60,616 nucleotides of DNA from Candidatus Dojkabacteria bacterium (GTDB taxonomy: Bacteria; Patescibacteriota; Dojkabacteria; JAOAGR01): NCBI GenBank assembly GCA_026415655.1, contig JAOAGR010000001.1:1-60616 (forward strand). Reading direction: 5' to 3'. The translations under genes and the position numbers were made by a program. A model generated the notes under the pieces. It saw only the letters and a program-made list of their open reading frames with translations, did no database searches and was not told the DNA's origin. Positions 1 through 8,817 of the stretch are shown here, piece after piece (position 1 is the stretch's first letter; every line of letters begins with the position of its first letter).

Positions 1-92
1 GTTTGAATACGTTGTATATTAATGAACTTATCATGAAAGAATATATTAATTTCTTTTTTAAAGATTTGTTATATACTCTAAGGTAAAATTTT

Positions 93-797
93 ATGCAAAT
101 ATATAGAGACTTAAATCTAAAGGTAATATCAAAAGAATTTATCTCTTCTAATGTTATTTTTTTACGTGTGGAGCCTGATAGATTATTAAGATATGAAGCT
201 GGTCAATATTTTTCTTTTTCTATAGAGCCTAAGGTAAATAGATCTTATTCAGTTGCTTCTGCACCTGGTGATGAATTTATTGAATTTCTGATTGATGTCA
301 CAAATCCTGGTAAGGGAGCTGATTTTGTTCGTGGCCTCAATGAAAACGATAGCATTGTGTGCATCGGACCTTTGGGATTTTTCACTTTATCTAAAACTAA
401 TCATGAGAATGCAAGTCAATTTTTACTTGTTGGTACCGGGACGGGTATAGCACCTCTACGTAGTATGATTAGAGAACTATTGATCTATAAACAAGAAACA
501 AGAAAAATAATTCTATATTTTGGACTTAGGTATGGTGAAGATATGTATTTATATGATGAATTTGTAGAACTACAAAAAAAATTTCCCAATTTTCTCTTTA
601 ATATGGTTATATCACGTCCTTCTGACAATTGGAGAGGGTTAACAGGATACTGTCAACATCATATTGGTTCGGATGGTATAGACTTAAATACTAATGTCTA
701 TATTTGTGGTAGTACAAAAAATGTTAATAGTATAAAAGAACATTTAATCAATATTGGTTGTCCTAAAGCAAAAATATTCGAAGAAAAGTATGGCTAA
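93..797 (+). CDS. FAD/NAD(P)-binding oxidoreductase, ferredoxin-NADP reductase (FNR)-like family
   Basis: RSYSVAS FAD motif, GPLG, GTGTGIAP NAD(P) motif, YFGLR, YICG. Confidence 0.9.
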   Translation: MQIYRDLNLKVISKEFISSNVIFLRVEPDRLLRYEAGQYFSFSIEPKVNRSYSVASAPGDEFIEFLIDVTNPGKGADFVRGLNENDSIVCIGPLGFFTLSKTNHENASQFLLVGTGTGIAPLRSMIRELLIYKQETRKIILYFGLRYGEDMYLYDEFVELQKKFPNFLFNMVISRPSDNWRGLTGYCQHHIGSDGIDLNTNVYICGSTKNVNSIKEHLINIGCPKAKIFEEKYG

Positions 798-1051
798 TCT
801 TCCTTATGAGTAATTTTATATAATACGGCTACAATAAACATTGTTGCGGGTGTCAATAAAGTACTTCCGATAAGTAGTGTGAGCCAGAGGTTTCTGTCAG
901 TATCTTCATAATTTTTGTAAGCTTTCATAAGTGCATCAAACCAAAGATAAAATCCACCAAAAATAAATATCATCCCGATTATTATTACACAACAAGTAAT
1001 CCAAAAACCGTAGCTAAGCATAAAATCGGCTATAGCAGAATAATGATCCAT
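794..1051 (-). CDS. Small membrane protein, two hydrophobic segments (PLDc_N-like)
   Basis: 85-aa ORF with TM-DRNLWLTLLI-TM pattern; AGGA just upstream of the ATG. Confidence 0.6.
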   Translation of the reverse strand: MDHYSAIADFMLSYGFWITCCVIIIGMIFIFGGFYLWFDALMKAYKNYEDTDRNLWLTLLIGSTLLTPATMFIVAVLYKITHKED

Positions 1052-1056
1052 ATCCT

Positions 1057-1098
1057 ATTTTATCACAGATTACACAAATTTTATCACAGATTACACAA
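1057..1098. repeat. Perfect 21-bp tandem direct repeat, 2 copies (ATTTTATCACAGATTACACAA)
   Basis: 1057-1077 is identical to 1078-1098 and fills most of a 66-bp intergenic gap. Confidence 0.95.
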
Positions 1099-1117
1099 AA
1101 TCATCTTTGTAGTTATC

Positions 1118-1687
1118 TTAACTTTGTCTTCCTTCAATGAGCGATAGAAGAGTACAACCAGCTAGAGCAATATAAAAATTATAGGGGTTATTAGGATTAT
1201 ATACCACTATATCTGCATGATACACAAATGGATTAAATTTTTGGTTTAATTCGAATATTTTTTGATTCATAACAACTCCATCATAACCCTGGGGTATCAG
1301 ATTAGATAAAAATCTTCTAGCTAATGCTAATATGGGCATATCTTCAGTTATTTCTCCTATAACATTGTCGTTGATGTCCAAAATTAGCCATTTATCTCGA
1401 AAAAGTGAATTTACAAAATCACGCCTCAAAGCACCCACCTTTTGTCCATTTGCTAGCCAAACATCATAGATAGCACCAAAATCTAATATACTTCTTGCCC
1501 TTATAACCATAATCAATTGGCTTTTGGATTCATTTGTGAAAATCTGGATATCCTCTTTGAGTTTAAATGCTTTTTGCTCGATATAGGCTATCAAATTATT
1601 CTGCTGATTATAGATTCTTACGGCACCTCCAAATAGTTTGAAAAACTGTTTCTTTATCTGAAACATTTGTATGTTGTTTTGTGGCAT
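1118..1687 (-). CDS. LURP-one/scramblase (tubby C-like) family protein
   Basis: QKAFKLKEDIQIF, ARSILDFGAIYDV and KVGALRR match this family's pattern. Confidence 0.7.
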   Translation of the reverse strand: MPQNNIQMFQIKKQFFKLFGGAVRIYNQQNNLIAYIEQKAFKLKEDIQIFTNESKSQLIMVIRARSILDFGAIYDVWLANGQKVGALRRDFVNSLFRDKWLILDINDNVIGEITEDMPILALARRFLSNLIPQGYDGVVMNQKIFELNQKFNPFVYHADIVVYNPNNPYNFYIALAGCTLLSLIEGRQS

Positions 1688-1695
1688 AATTAATA

Positions 1696-2673
1696 TTATA
1701 TTTTTTGTAGATTATTTTCTAGCCTTGCCAGTAAATTTAATATGATCGTATCTTTTTTGTTGGTATAAATATATTCTAATCCCCAAAGATATATTTTTTG
1801 TATAGATATAAGTGAGCTTATCTTTTCATAGTATTGAATGATATTGTCAAAGTCTATATATTTTTCTGCGCCTTTAGCAATAAAATCAGTTATATAATAA
1901 AAAATTCTTGGATATTTACGCATTAATTTTTCATACATTGGTAAAAAATTATTGATGGGATTTCCTATGATCCAAGGTTCAAATTGAAATTCGGTGATTA
2001 TTATATCCTTTTGTGGATACTTCTCTTTTATAAAGTTAATTGTTTTTAAGCATTTGTCTATTGTAAAGATATTTTCTATTTTATTCTTACGTCGATCGTA
2101 CATTTCAAAATAGAAATTTAATCCAATAATATCTATATCTTCTAATATCCCCATGTACTGATTCCTTTTCACTAATTCATTGCCCCAAAAATTAATACAT
2201 ATGTTTGATATATTATTTTTCCTAAACAGTCTGATTTCTTCAACTAAGATTTCAATCGGTATTGTCTTCCAATGTGGGGGAGATGGGTCTAGAGGCTCAT
2301 TTTCTATTTGCCATTTTTTGATGCATTTGTATTTTTTCAAAATATCGATACTTTTTTTAAGGTAGTGAAATAAATATTTCTTGTTGTTTTCAAATTCATA
2401 TGGATTTCGTAACCAAAAGGGAGGATAAAATTCGGGGATTCTTGGCGATTTGAGTCCTAGACAAATAGTTACATTTATATTATTTAGTTCAAAAAAATCC
2501 AGTATCGACAAAATTGAATCAAATACAAATATTCCTGGTTTGGATTCGATCTCGTCCCAGTATAAGCCCATTCTAATTTCTGAAAAATTTAAGATTTTTA
2601 TCCAATTTAAAAAATCAGCCACCGGAATATTTAGCATTTTTAGTTGTCTCTGTGAAAGGTTTCCAGCTAACAT
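1696..2673 (-). CDS. Putative clan GH-A glycoside hydrolase (TIM barrel)
   Basis: YWDEIE-x-PG-x-F-x-F, WQIENEP (acid/base Glu), IITEFQFEPW (nucleophile Glu). Confidence 0.7.
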   Translation of the reverse strand: MLAGNLSQRQLKMLNIPVADFLNWIKILNFSEIRMGLYWDEIESKPGIFVFDSILSILDFFELNNINVTICLGLKSPRIPEFYPPFWLRNPYEFENNKKYLFHYLKKSIDILKKYKCIKKWQIENEPLDPSPPHWKTIPIEILVEEIRLFRKNNISNICINFWGNELVKRNQYMGILEDIDIIGLNFYFEMYDRRKNKIENIFTIDKCLKTINFIKEKYPQKDIIITEFQFEPWIIGNPINNFLPMYEKLMRKYPRIFYYITDFIAKGAEKYIDFDNIIQYYEKISSLISIQKIYLWGLEYIYTNKKDTIILNLLARLENNLQKI

Positions 2674-3696
2674 CTAAATTATGATTATTGGTATATTTTC
2701 TATTTCTGTTCGAAAATTTCTTACGATCTGTTTTATGGTTAAATCATTTGATCTAGGTATCCTAAATCCTGCAGCACGTATGTGTCCTCCACCGCCAAAA
2801 TGCTTGGCGATTTCTAGTACACTGGGACTTTTGGGCTTAGATCTTAATGAACATATTATAAAATCCTGGCTAGGGTAGAAAAATGCACTGACTTCAACAC
2901 CATAAAAATTCTGAGAAAAAACAGTTGAATACAGAGATTTTGCCTCGGATATCTCGTAGTCGTTATAGTTTTCTAATATTACCTCTGATAGATAAGAAAT
3001 TATTATTGAAAACCTATGTAATTTAATAATTTCTACATTATTCAATGCTTCCTGAATCAGAGGGATTAACTTTGTTTCAAATCCCATATATGTTTTTTTA
3101 AGGTGAGATATATCAATGTTAAATTTATTTATTAGATCACCTATTAGATGAAATAATTTACTATTTTGTGGCTTTATAAATTCAAATACATTTGTATCTC
3201 CCATTATGCCCAAAAGTGTAATGATGGCTATCTCTTCGTTATAATCTTCATCTTTCCATAAAATATCAAAAATAAGCTCTGCACAAGAAGATGCGTTAAT
3301 GTCAATATATTGGAGATCAAAATAATCGGGATCTGATGCATGATGATCTATACAAATTAACCGTTTGTCATTTAATATCGAGCAATCATTGATACCTATC
3401 TGTTTATATGAGTTTGAGTCTAGAAATATAATTAAATCGCTATTATTAAGTAGTACATTATCAATATCGGTCGTATAATTGACTAATTTGGATAAGGGAA
3501 ATTTCACTTTAATATTTCCGTTGTTTGATGTCTTATAAATTATTTGGATTTTCTTATTTGGAAATTTTTTAGAAATGAAGAGATAGAGTAGTAAAGTAGA
3601 TGCTAGGGAATCAAAATCAGGATTAATATGGGAAGTTATAATTATGTTCTTATATTTTTGTATATCTAAATTGAATTGGTCCTTAAAGCTGTACAT
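2674..3696 (-). CDS. nrnA: DHH/DHHA1 phosphoesterase (NrnA-like oligoribonuclease/pAp phosphatase)
   Basis: HINPDFDS, IFLD, IDHH, GIMGDT, SLRS, GGGGHIRAAG. Confidence 0.88.
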   Translation of the reverse strand: MYSFKDQFNLDIQKYKNIIITSHINPDFDSLASTLLLYLFISKKFPNKKIQIIYKTSNNGNIKVKFPLSKLVNYTTDIDNVLLNNSDLIIFLDSNSYKQIGINDCSILNDKRLICIDHHASDPDYFDLQYIDINASSCAELIFDILWKDEDYNEEIAIITLLGIMGDTNVFEFIKPQNSKLFHLIGDLINKFNIDISHLKKTYMGFETKLIPLIQEALNNVEIIKLHRFSIIISYLSEVILENYNDYEISEAKSLYSTVFSQNFYGVEVSAFFYPSQDFIICSLRSKPKSPSVLEIAKHFGGGGHIRAAGFRIPRSNDLTIKQIVRNFRTEIENIPIIII

Positions 3697-3737
3697 AAGA
3701 AATTATATAAGATATGCCGATTTTATGGAAAGTTTTG

Positions 3738-5042
3738 TTATTCTTTAAATAAAAATCTCTTTAGAGCATTTCTTTGTTCTCTTATCACCTTGTAGAACCA
3801 ATTGAAAGTTTCGGACATCAACAACTGTATATGTGTATGTTGATTGTGTAAATCACGAATATATTTTCGGAAAGCTGACCAATCTTGATTGTTTTGGGGA
3901 TGCTCAATTGTCCATGCAGCATCGTTTTGGTGTCCACCACTTTGATTGTTTGTTTTTGATTTAAGCCATGAAACCCAATCTGTTTTGCCATGATTGAATA
4001 TTTTTACAATACCAAGATTTGCAGAATCTATAAGTAAAAGTATATCATAGTCAGCTCTTCGTGTTTCTCTAATTGTTGAGTTGGTAATGTGCATTTGATT
4101 TGCAATTTTGAGTACAGATTTGATTACATCTCCCATCTTCTTTATTGCTTCTGATTTAATATACGATACAGTACCCCTACCTTGACATATATGATCTGGT
4201 TTATTGTTATTTTCGTCTGTGACCGATATATAAATAAGTCGTACTTTTTGGGCTTCAATATCAATTAGATTGTTTACTTGATCAATTTCTTTCAATCTAT
4301 CTGGAAGATTGGGATTTAAGGATTTAAGCAATGATGATATCTCGTCATCATTTACAGGACACCCGCTGATGTTGTTATCTTGCATTATAAGAGTTTTTAG
4401 TTCTTCTAGACTTTTTGAAGCATTGTCTCCTATTATGCCTAAGATAGCCAGTCGTAACATCAATTCGTCCTGTCGTGGATTGTTTTCGGGGTTCTTTGCA
4501 ATTTCTTGCCATATTTTGTACATGAGTACGCTGTTTGAAGGTGCCGGTCTTATATAGTAAATGTTGTTATTTTGGTCTTCGCGAGAATGCGGATAGTCAT
4601 TTACGTGATGATCGATCACTATGCACTCTGCACATTGATCATCTTTCTGTTTGGGTAGTAATTGTTTGTTTGAAGCAACTCTATTGGGATTTGTATCTAC
4701 TACTATATTTAGTGTATTTGAAGGTACTGGATGGTTAGGTTGATTGTTTTGTGTATTGGTTGAATTATTTCCATTTATTAATTCATCGATTAATAGCAAC
4801 ATATCTTTTCCATATAGAAGTCTGATCAGTATTAGTGTATTTTCATCAATATTTATTGATGCTTGCGGATTCAGTATCTTACAGATAGATACGGACATTA
4901 GAATAGATGCTAACGCATCAAAGTCCGGAGAAACATGGGTATGTATTATGATGTTATTATGATCTTTAATTTTAGTCGCTATTTGTTGACATATCGTTAT
5001 TTCTTTACTTTCGTATGGATTTCTTTGTTGTGGTTCGCTCAT
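3738..5042 (-). CDS. Divergent DHH-family phosphoesterase
   Basis: HVSPDFDAL, VVDT, VIDHH, GIIGDN, SGGHQNDAA; N/Q-rich insertions. Confidence 0.75.
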   Translation of the reverse strand: MSEPQQRNPYESKEITICQQIATKIKDHNNIIIHTHVSPDFDALASILMSVSICKILNPQASINIDENTLILIRLLYGKDMLLLIDELINGNNSTNTQNNQPNHPVPSNTLNIVVDTNPNRVASNKQLLPKQKDDQCAECIVIDHHVNDYPHSREDQNNNIYYIRPAPSNSVLMYKIWQEIAKNPENNPRQDELMLRLAILGIIGDNASKSLEELKTLIMQDNNISGCPVNDDEISSLLKSLNPNLPDRLKEIDQVNNLIDIEAQKVRLIYISVTDENNNKPDHICQGRGTVSYIKSEAIKKMGDVIKSVLKIANQMHITNSTIRETRRADYDILLLIDSANLGIVKIFNHGKTDWVSWLKSKTNNQSGGHQNDAAWTIEHPQNNQDWSAFRKYIRDLHNQHTHIQLLMSETFNWFYKVIREQRNALKRFLFKE

Positions 5043-5089
5043 AGGATATATACTGAGATTACAAACACAAATACATATACATCGTTAGA

Positions 5090-6352
5090 CTAAAAATATT
5101 GATTATATAAAGTTAATAGTGAAGTGTTTGGTACTAATATTATCCATTTTTTACCTCGTTCAAATATATATTCTTGTGATGGATTTTCAGCAAAGAAATA
5201 TCTTGTTTTGCTATTATACGAATCTTTCTGCCAAATTACTTTGGTTATCTTCCCATTTTCCAATATGTATCCATCGCCTTTACCTATCACTTCTTGGACA
5301 ATTCTCCCTTTACTATCCCCATTGTAATAACTCTTAATACCTTGAACAATTAAAGTCTTGGTTTTGACTGGTTGGCCGTTGTAATCTGTATAATTGTTGC
5401 CGGATCTTGGGTCGACACGATAATAAAATCCGTCCTCTTTATTATATCTCCAGACAGATGAGTAATCATCTTTTGTTCCGCTGAAATTTATTTCTATTGA
5501 CTCCTTTTCTATCGAATTATTGTTGACATTATTGTGTCTTTCTTCTGCAAAGATCCATGTTTGTAATTGGTTAATGTCAGAAGTAAATCCATATTGTGAG
5601 GCTATTCTCCAAAGTCTCGCTGTATCACTCCAAGCACAATGCTCCATTGCCTTGATCCTTTGACATTCTATATCTCTGGTAAATGAATATTCTCGGGTTT
5701 CTTTGTCTGTCAAGTCGCTTAGTCTTCTAACCTGATATCTATTCATTGCATCAATAGCATTCACGTCGCTACTTCCGGTAGCATATCCTATATGCATAAG
5801 AACAGGATTGTTATATTCACCTAGTAATTCTATAAAGTATTTTCTTACACTCCTTATACTTTGTATTCTATTAGTGTCATTTTGCCAATAAATAAACATA
5901 AATCGAGTAATTCCTGACTCTACCAAAGTTTCATAGACTAAATCAGCTTCATTTATACCAGCTTGAGGTCGAGATTCTACATGATTTTGTACAATTACTG
6001 CTAGGACCGGGCGATTTTGAATCTGCAAGAAGCGTTCCTCAGGTATTTCTTCACCATTTATTGGATTGTAATATTTCTTTGGAATAGGTGTTGGGGTAGG
6101 GGTAGGAGATAAGAGATGTTGTGTTGATGTAATTTCTTCAGATTTTTTTTCTTCATTATTAAATATTAGATTATTATTTATTTTTTGTGATGTAAGAAAT
6201 AAAAAAATAGGTATAAGTATTATAACTATTACGATTTTTATAAATAATATTTTTTTAAGATTTTGGTTTTTAGTGAGTTTATCAATAAAGCTTGGTTTAT
6301 TATTTGTGTTTTTATCTTTTATTTCTTCTTTTTTTAATTCTGATAAATTCAT
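5090..6352 (-). CDS. DUF3048 (YerB-like) membrane-anchored protein
   Basis: N-terminal TM, PTPTPTP linker, RPVLAVIVQNHVESRPQAGINEADLVYETLVESGITRF, IRSVR. Confidence 0.85.
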   Translation of the reverse strand: MNLSELKKEEIKDKNTNNKPSFIDKLTKNQNLKKILFIKIVIVIILIPIFLFLTSQKINNNLIFNNEEKKSEEITSTQHLLSPTPTPTPIPKKYYNPINGEEIPEERFLQIQNRPVLAVIVQNHVESRPQAGINEADLVYETLVESGITRFMFIYWQNDTNRIQSIRSVRKYFIELLGEYNNPVLMHIGYATGSSDVNAIDAMNRYQVRRLSDLTDKETREYSFTRDIECQRIKAMEHCAWSDTARLWRIASQYGFTSDINQLQTWIFAEERHNNVNNNSIEKESIEINFSGTKDDYSSVWRYNKEDGFYYRVDPRSGNNYTDYNGQPVKTKTLIVQGIKSYYNGDSKGRIVQEVIGKGDGYILENGKITKVIWQKDSYNSKTRYFFAENPSQEYIFERGKKWIILVPNTSLLTLYNQYF

Positions 6353-6361
6353 ATGTAGCGA

Positions 6362-7939
6362 TTATAGACTATTTTTTTTATTTATTTGAATGTTATTAAT
6401 CAGTAGATTATCGTGAGATACAAGTATGATTGGACCTTCGAAGTCTTTCAGTGATTTTTGTAAGGCCTCTTGAGATATAAAATCTAGATTGTTGGTTGGC
6501 TCATCAAGTATTAGAAAGTTTGAGCCGCTAAAAAATAGTTTAGCAAGCCTTAGTTTCATCTTTTCACCTTCGGAAAGTGTAAATATTGGTTCGTTTATTT
6601 TTTCATCGTCAAATTCATAAAACCTCAAAAAATCTTTTGCTTCGTCCTCATCAATATCTCTTCTGATACTCAAAAAATCTTCTATAATACTTTTTTTAAT
6701 GTTTAAAAATTTATTTTTTTGAAAGAAATAGCCGACTTTTATATCTTTTCCAAATATTATTTCTCCGCTAATTTTTGGAATTTCACCAACAATCGTTCTA
6801 AGTAATGTTGTTTTTCCTGATCCGTTTTTTCCCTGTATTAGCAATCTGTCATTTTTATTTATAGTAAAGTTAATATTTTCTAATAATATAGTATCAAAGC
6901 CTATAGTTAGATTTTTAACTTCTAGAACAGTATCTGCTGTCACTGGTGTATGTGTAAACTGTATTCTCATACCCCAATATTCCTTTGGGATATGTAATGT
7001 TTTTTTTATTTTACTAATTCGTTTTATAAATTGAATTTTTTGCTGATTTAACTTCTTACTTTGACGTTCTAACTTTGATTTAAATGCTATTTTATTGTTA
7101 TCTTTAATCCTTTTTCTTTTATCCAATATTTTATCTTTTATATTGATAGCCTCATTTAATTGATTTATCTTTTTAATTTTTTGTATTCTTTCCCGTTCTT
7201 CATGAATCTTTTTATTTATTAGCTGTTTTCTAAATACTGTATAATTACAATCGTATTGTAAAATTGATTTTTCTTCAAAATATAGTATTTTGTTAACTAT
7301 AGACAATATATTTCTATCATGAGTTGCAATCAGAATAATTTTGTCTTGTTTAGACTGAATCAACGTTTTAAAAATCTCTAATCCTTCGGTATCGAGATGA
7401 TTTGTTGGTTCATCCAAGAGATAAATATCAGCATTGGTAGAAAACATTGATGCAAGATAAAGTCTTTGTCTCTGTCCAGGAGATAGATATTTAATTAGCT
7501 TATTTTTGTCTAATTTCACAATTTGACATGTTTTTTCGATCTCTTCCTCTATTTTATAACCATCCTTTTCACGGTATTGTGAAATTAATAGCTCTAAGTT
7601 AGGATCATTATATTGATTAATTTGTTTATAAATTAGATAGAGCTCTCTATCTATGTATGAATATATGTATTCAAAAACAGATAAAGAGTTTATTTCAGTA
7701 TCAACTTCGAATGAATCTATTTGACTAATATAAAATGTACTCAAATTATTGTTTGAATACGAAATTTTTCCTGTGTATTCTCGTATTTGACCTGATAGAA
7801 ATTTTAAAAAAGTAGTTTTACCGGTACCGTTGTTACCAATAAGACCATATACATTATTACTAGATAATATAACATTTACGTTCTTCAGAATTAAAAAGTC
7901 ATCCAATTTAATGTTTATGAAATCGCATTTAACATACAT
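6362..7939 (-). CDS. ABC-F family ATPase (two ABC domains, no TM segment)
   Basis: GNNGTGKTT, LSPGQ, LLDEPTNHLD; GKNGSGKTT, LSEGEK, LILDEPTNNLD, VSHD. Confidence 0.92.
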   Translation of the reverse strand: MYVKCDFINIKLDDFLILKNVNVILSSNNVYGLIGNNGTGKTTFLKFLSGQIREYTGKISYSNNNLSTFYISQIDSFEVDTEINSLSVFEYIYSYIDRELYLIYKQINQYNDPNLELLISQYREKDGYKIEEEIEKTCQIVKLDKNKLIKYLSPGQRQRLYLASMFSTNADIYLLDEPTNHLDTEGLEIFKTLIQSKQDKIILIATHDRNILSIVNKILYFEEKSILQYDCNYTVFRKQLINKKIHEERERIQKIKKINQLNEAINIKDKILDKRKRIKDNNKIAFKSKLERQSKKLNQQKIQFIKRISKIKKTLHIPKEYWGMRIQFTHTPVTADTVLEVKNLTIGFDTILLENINFTINKNDRLLIQGKNGSGKTTLLRTIVGEIPKISGEIIFGKDIKVGYFFQKNKFLNIKKSIIEDFLSIRRDIDEDEAKDFLRFYEFDDEKINEPIFTLSEGEKMKLRLAKLFFSGSNFLILDEPTNNLDFISQEALQKSLKDFEGPIILVSHDNLLINNIQINKKNSL

Positions 7940-7981
7940 GACATCTATTCAAATAATTACAGAGAACTTAAATCTACGGTT

Positions 7982-8746
7982 TTATTTGTTCCTTAGAGAA
8001 TTATCTGAATTATTATTCGATTTATTATCTGAATTTGAGTTATTTTTTTGTTCACTTCTCTCGACTTTAAATTCTGTAATTAAGCCATCAGAGGCATTAA
8101 TTGTGGTACGAACAATGTAACCACCAAACGGTCCCCATATTATTTGCCCTCCACTCTGACCATCTACAGGGATATTTTCACTGGATATCTTATTTTTATA
8201 TTCTTCACAGAATTTGGATGTGTTTAACGGTTGTATATCCTTTGTAAATTGTTCGTATGAGTATTTAGATTTTAACTGATCGGAAAAAGCAGTATCATAG
8301 AATTCTCGAGGTTTTATATAAAGTATTATGTCTTTTTCTTCAATTCTATATTTTGAAAAAGCTTCTGCAAATTCTTTTTGGCCTTTTTCATCAAATTTGA
8401 TCTCGCATACATCATTAAACAAAGCAAAAGTTTTTATCATAGGTTTCATAGCATTTGGTAACACATTCCATACATACAGAAACATAAATGTAAAAAATCC
8501 TACACAAAGTAAGATTACAGTGATACAACCTACTATGACCCCACCGATAAGACAACCTTTATTGGATTTTTGTTGTGACATTTGAGGTGGATATGGAGCG
8601 TTAGGAAAATTTGCATTGGGCATTGAGTTAAATCCGCCGTTTGGTAACGGTTGTTGTGACATGTTATTGGGCATGGGAGGTAATGGTTGTTGCATTTGTG
8701 GTACTTGAGGATATGCTTGACTAAATGTGTTATTATTAATAGGCAT
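7982..8746 (-). CDS. Hypothetical single-pass membrane protein with P/Q/N-rich N-terminus
   Basis: Low-complexity N-terminus followed by KGCLIGG TM segment. Confidence 0.7.
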   Translation of the reverse strand: MPINNNTFSQAYPQVPQMQQPLPPMPNNMSQQPLPNGGFNSMPNANFPNAPYPPQMSQQKSNKGCLIGGVIVGCITVILLCVGFFTFMFLYVWNVLPNAMKPMIKTFALFNDVCEIKFDEKGQKEFAEAFSKYRIEEKDIILYIKPREFYDTAFSDQLKSKYSYEQFTKDIQPLNTSKFCEEYKNKISSENIPVDGQSGGQIIWGPFGGYIVRTTINASDGLITEFKVERSEQKNNSNSDNKSNNNSDNSLRNK

Positions 8747-8817
8747 AATCTAAATCATATAATCTTTTGATAAATTTTACAAATTATAAGTCCGAATGTG
8801 ATAATATTAATCCGCAG

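Noticed and set aside
1057-1098. CRISPR array or DnaA-box cluster
   Set aside because: Two abutting copies with no spacer and no cas genes; TTATCACAG does not match the DnaA box TTATCCACA
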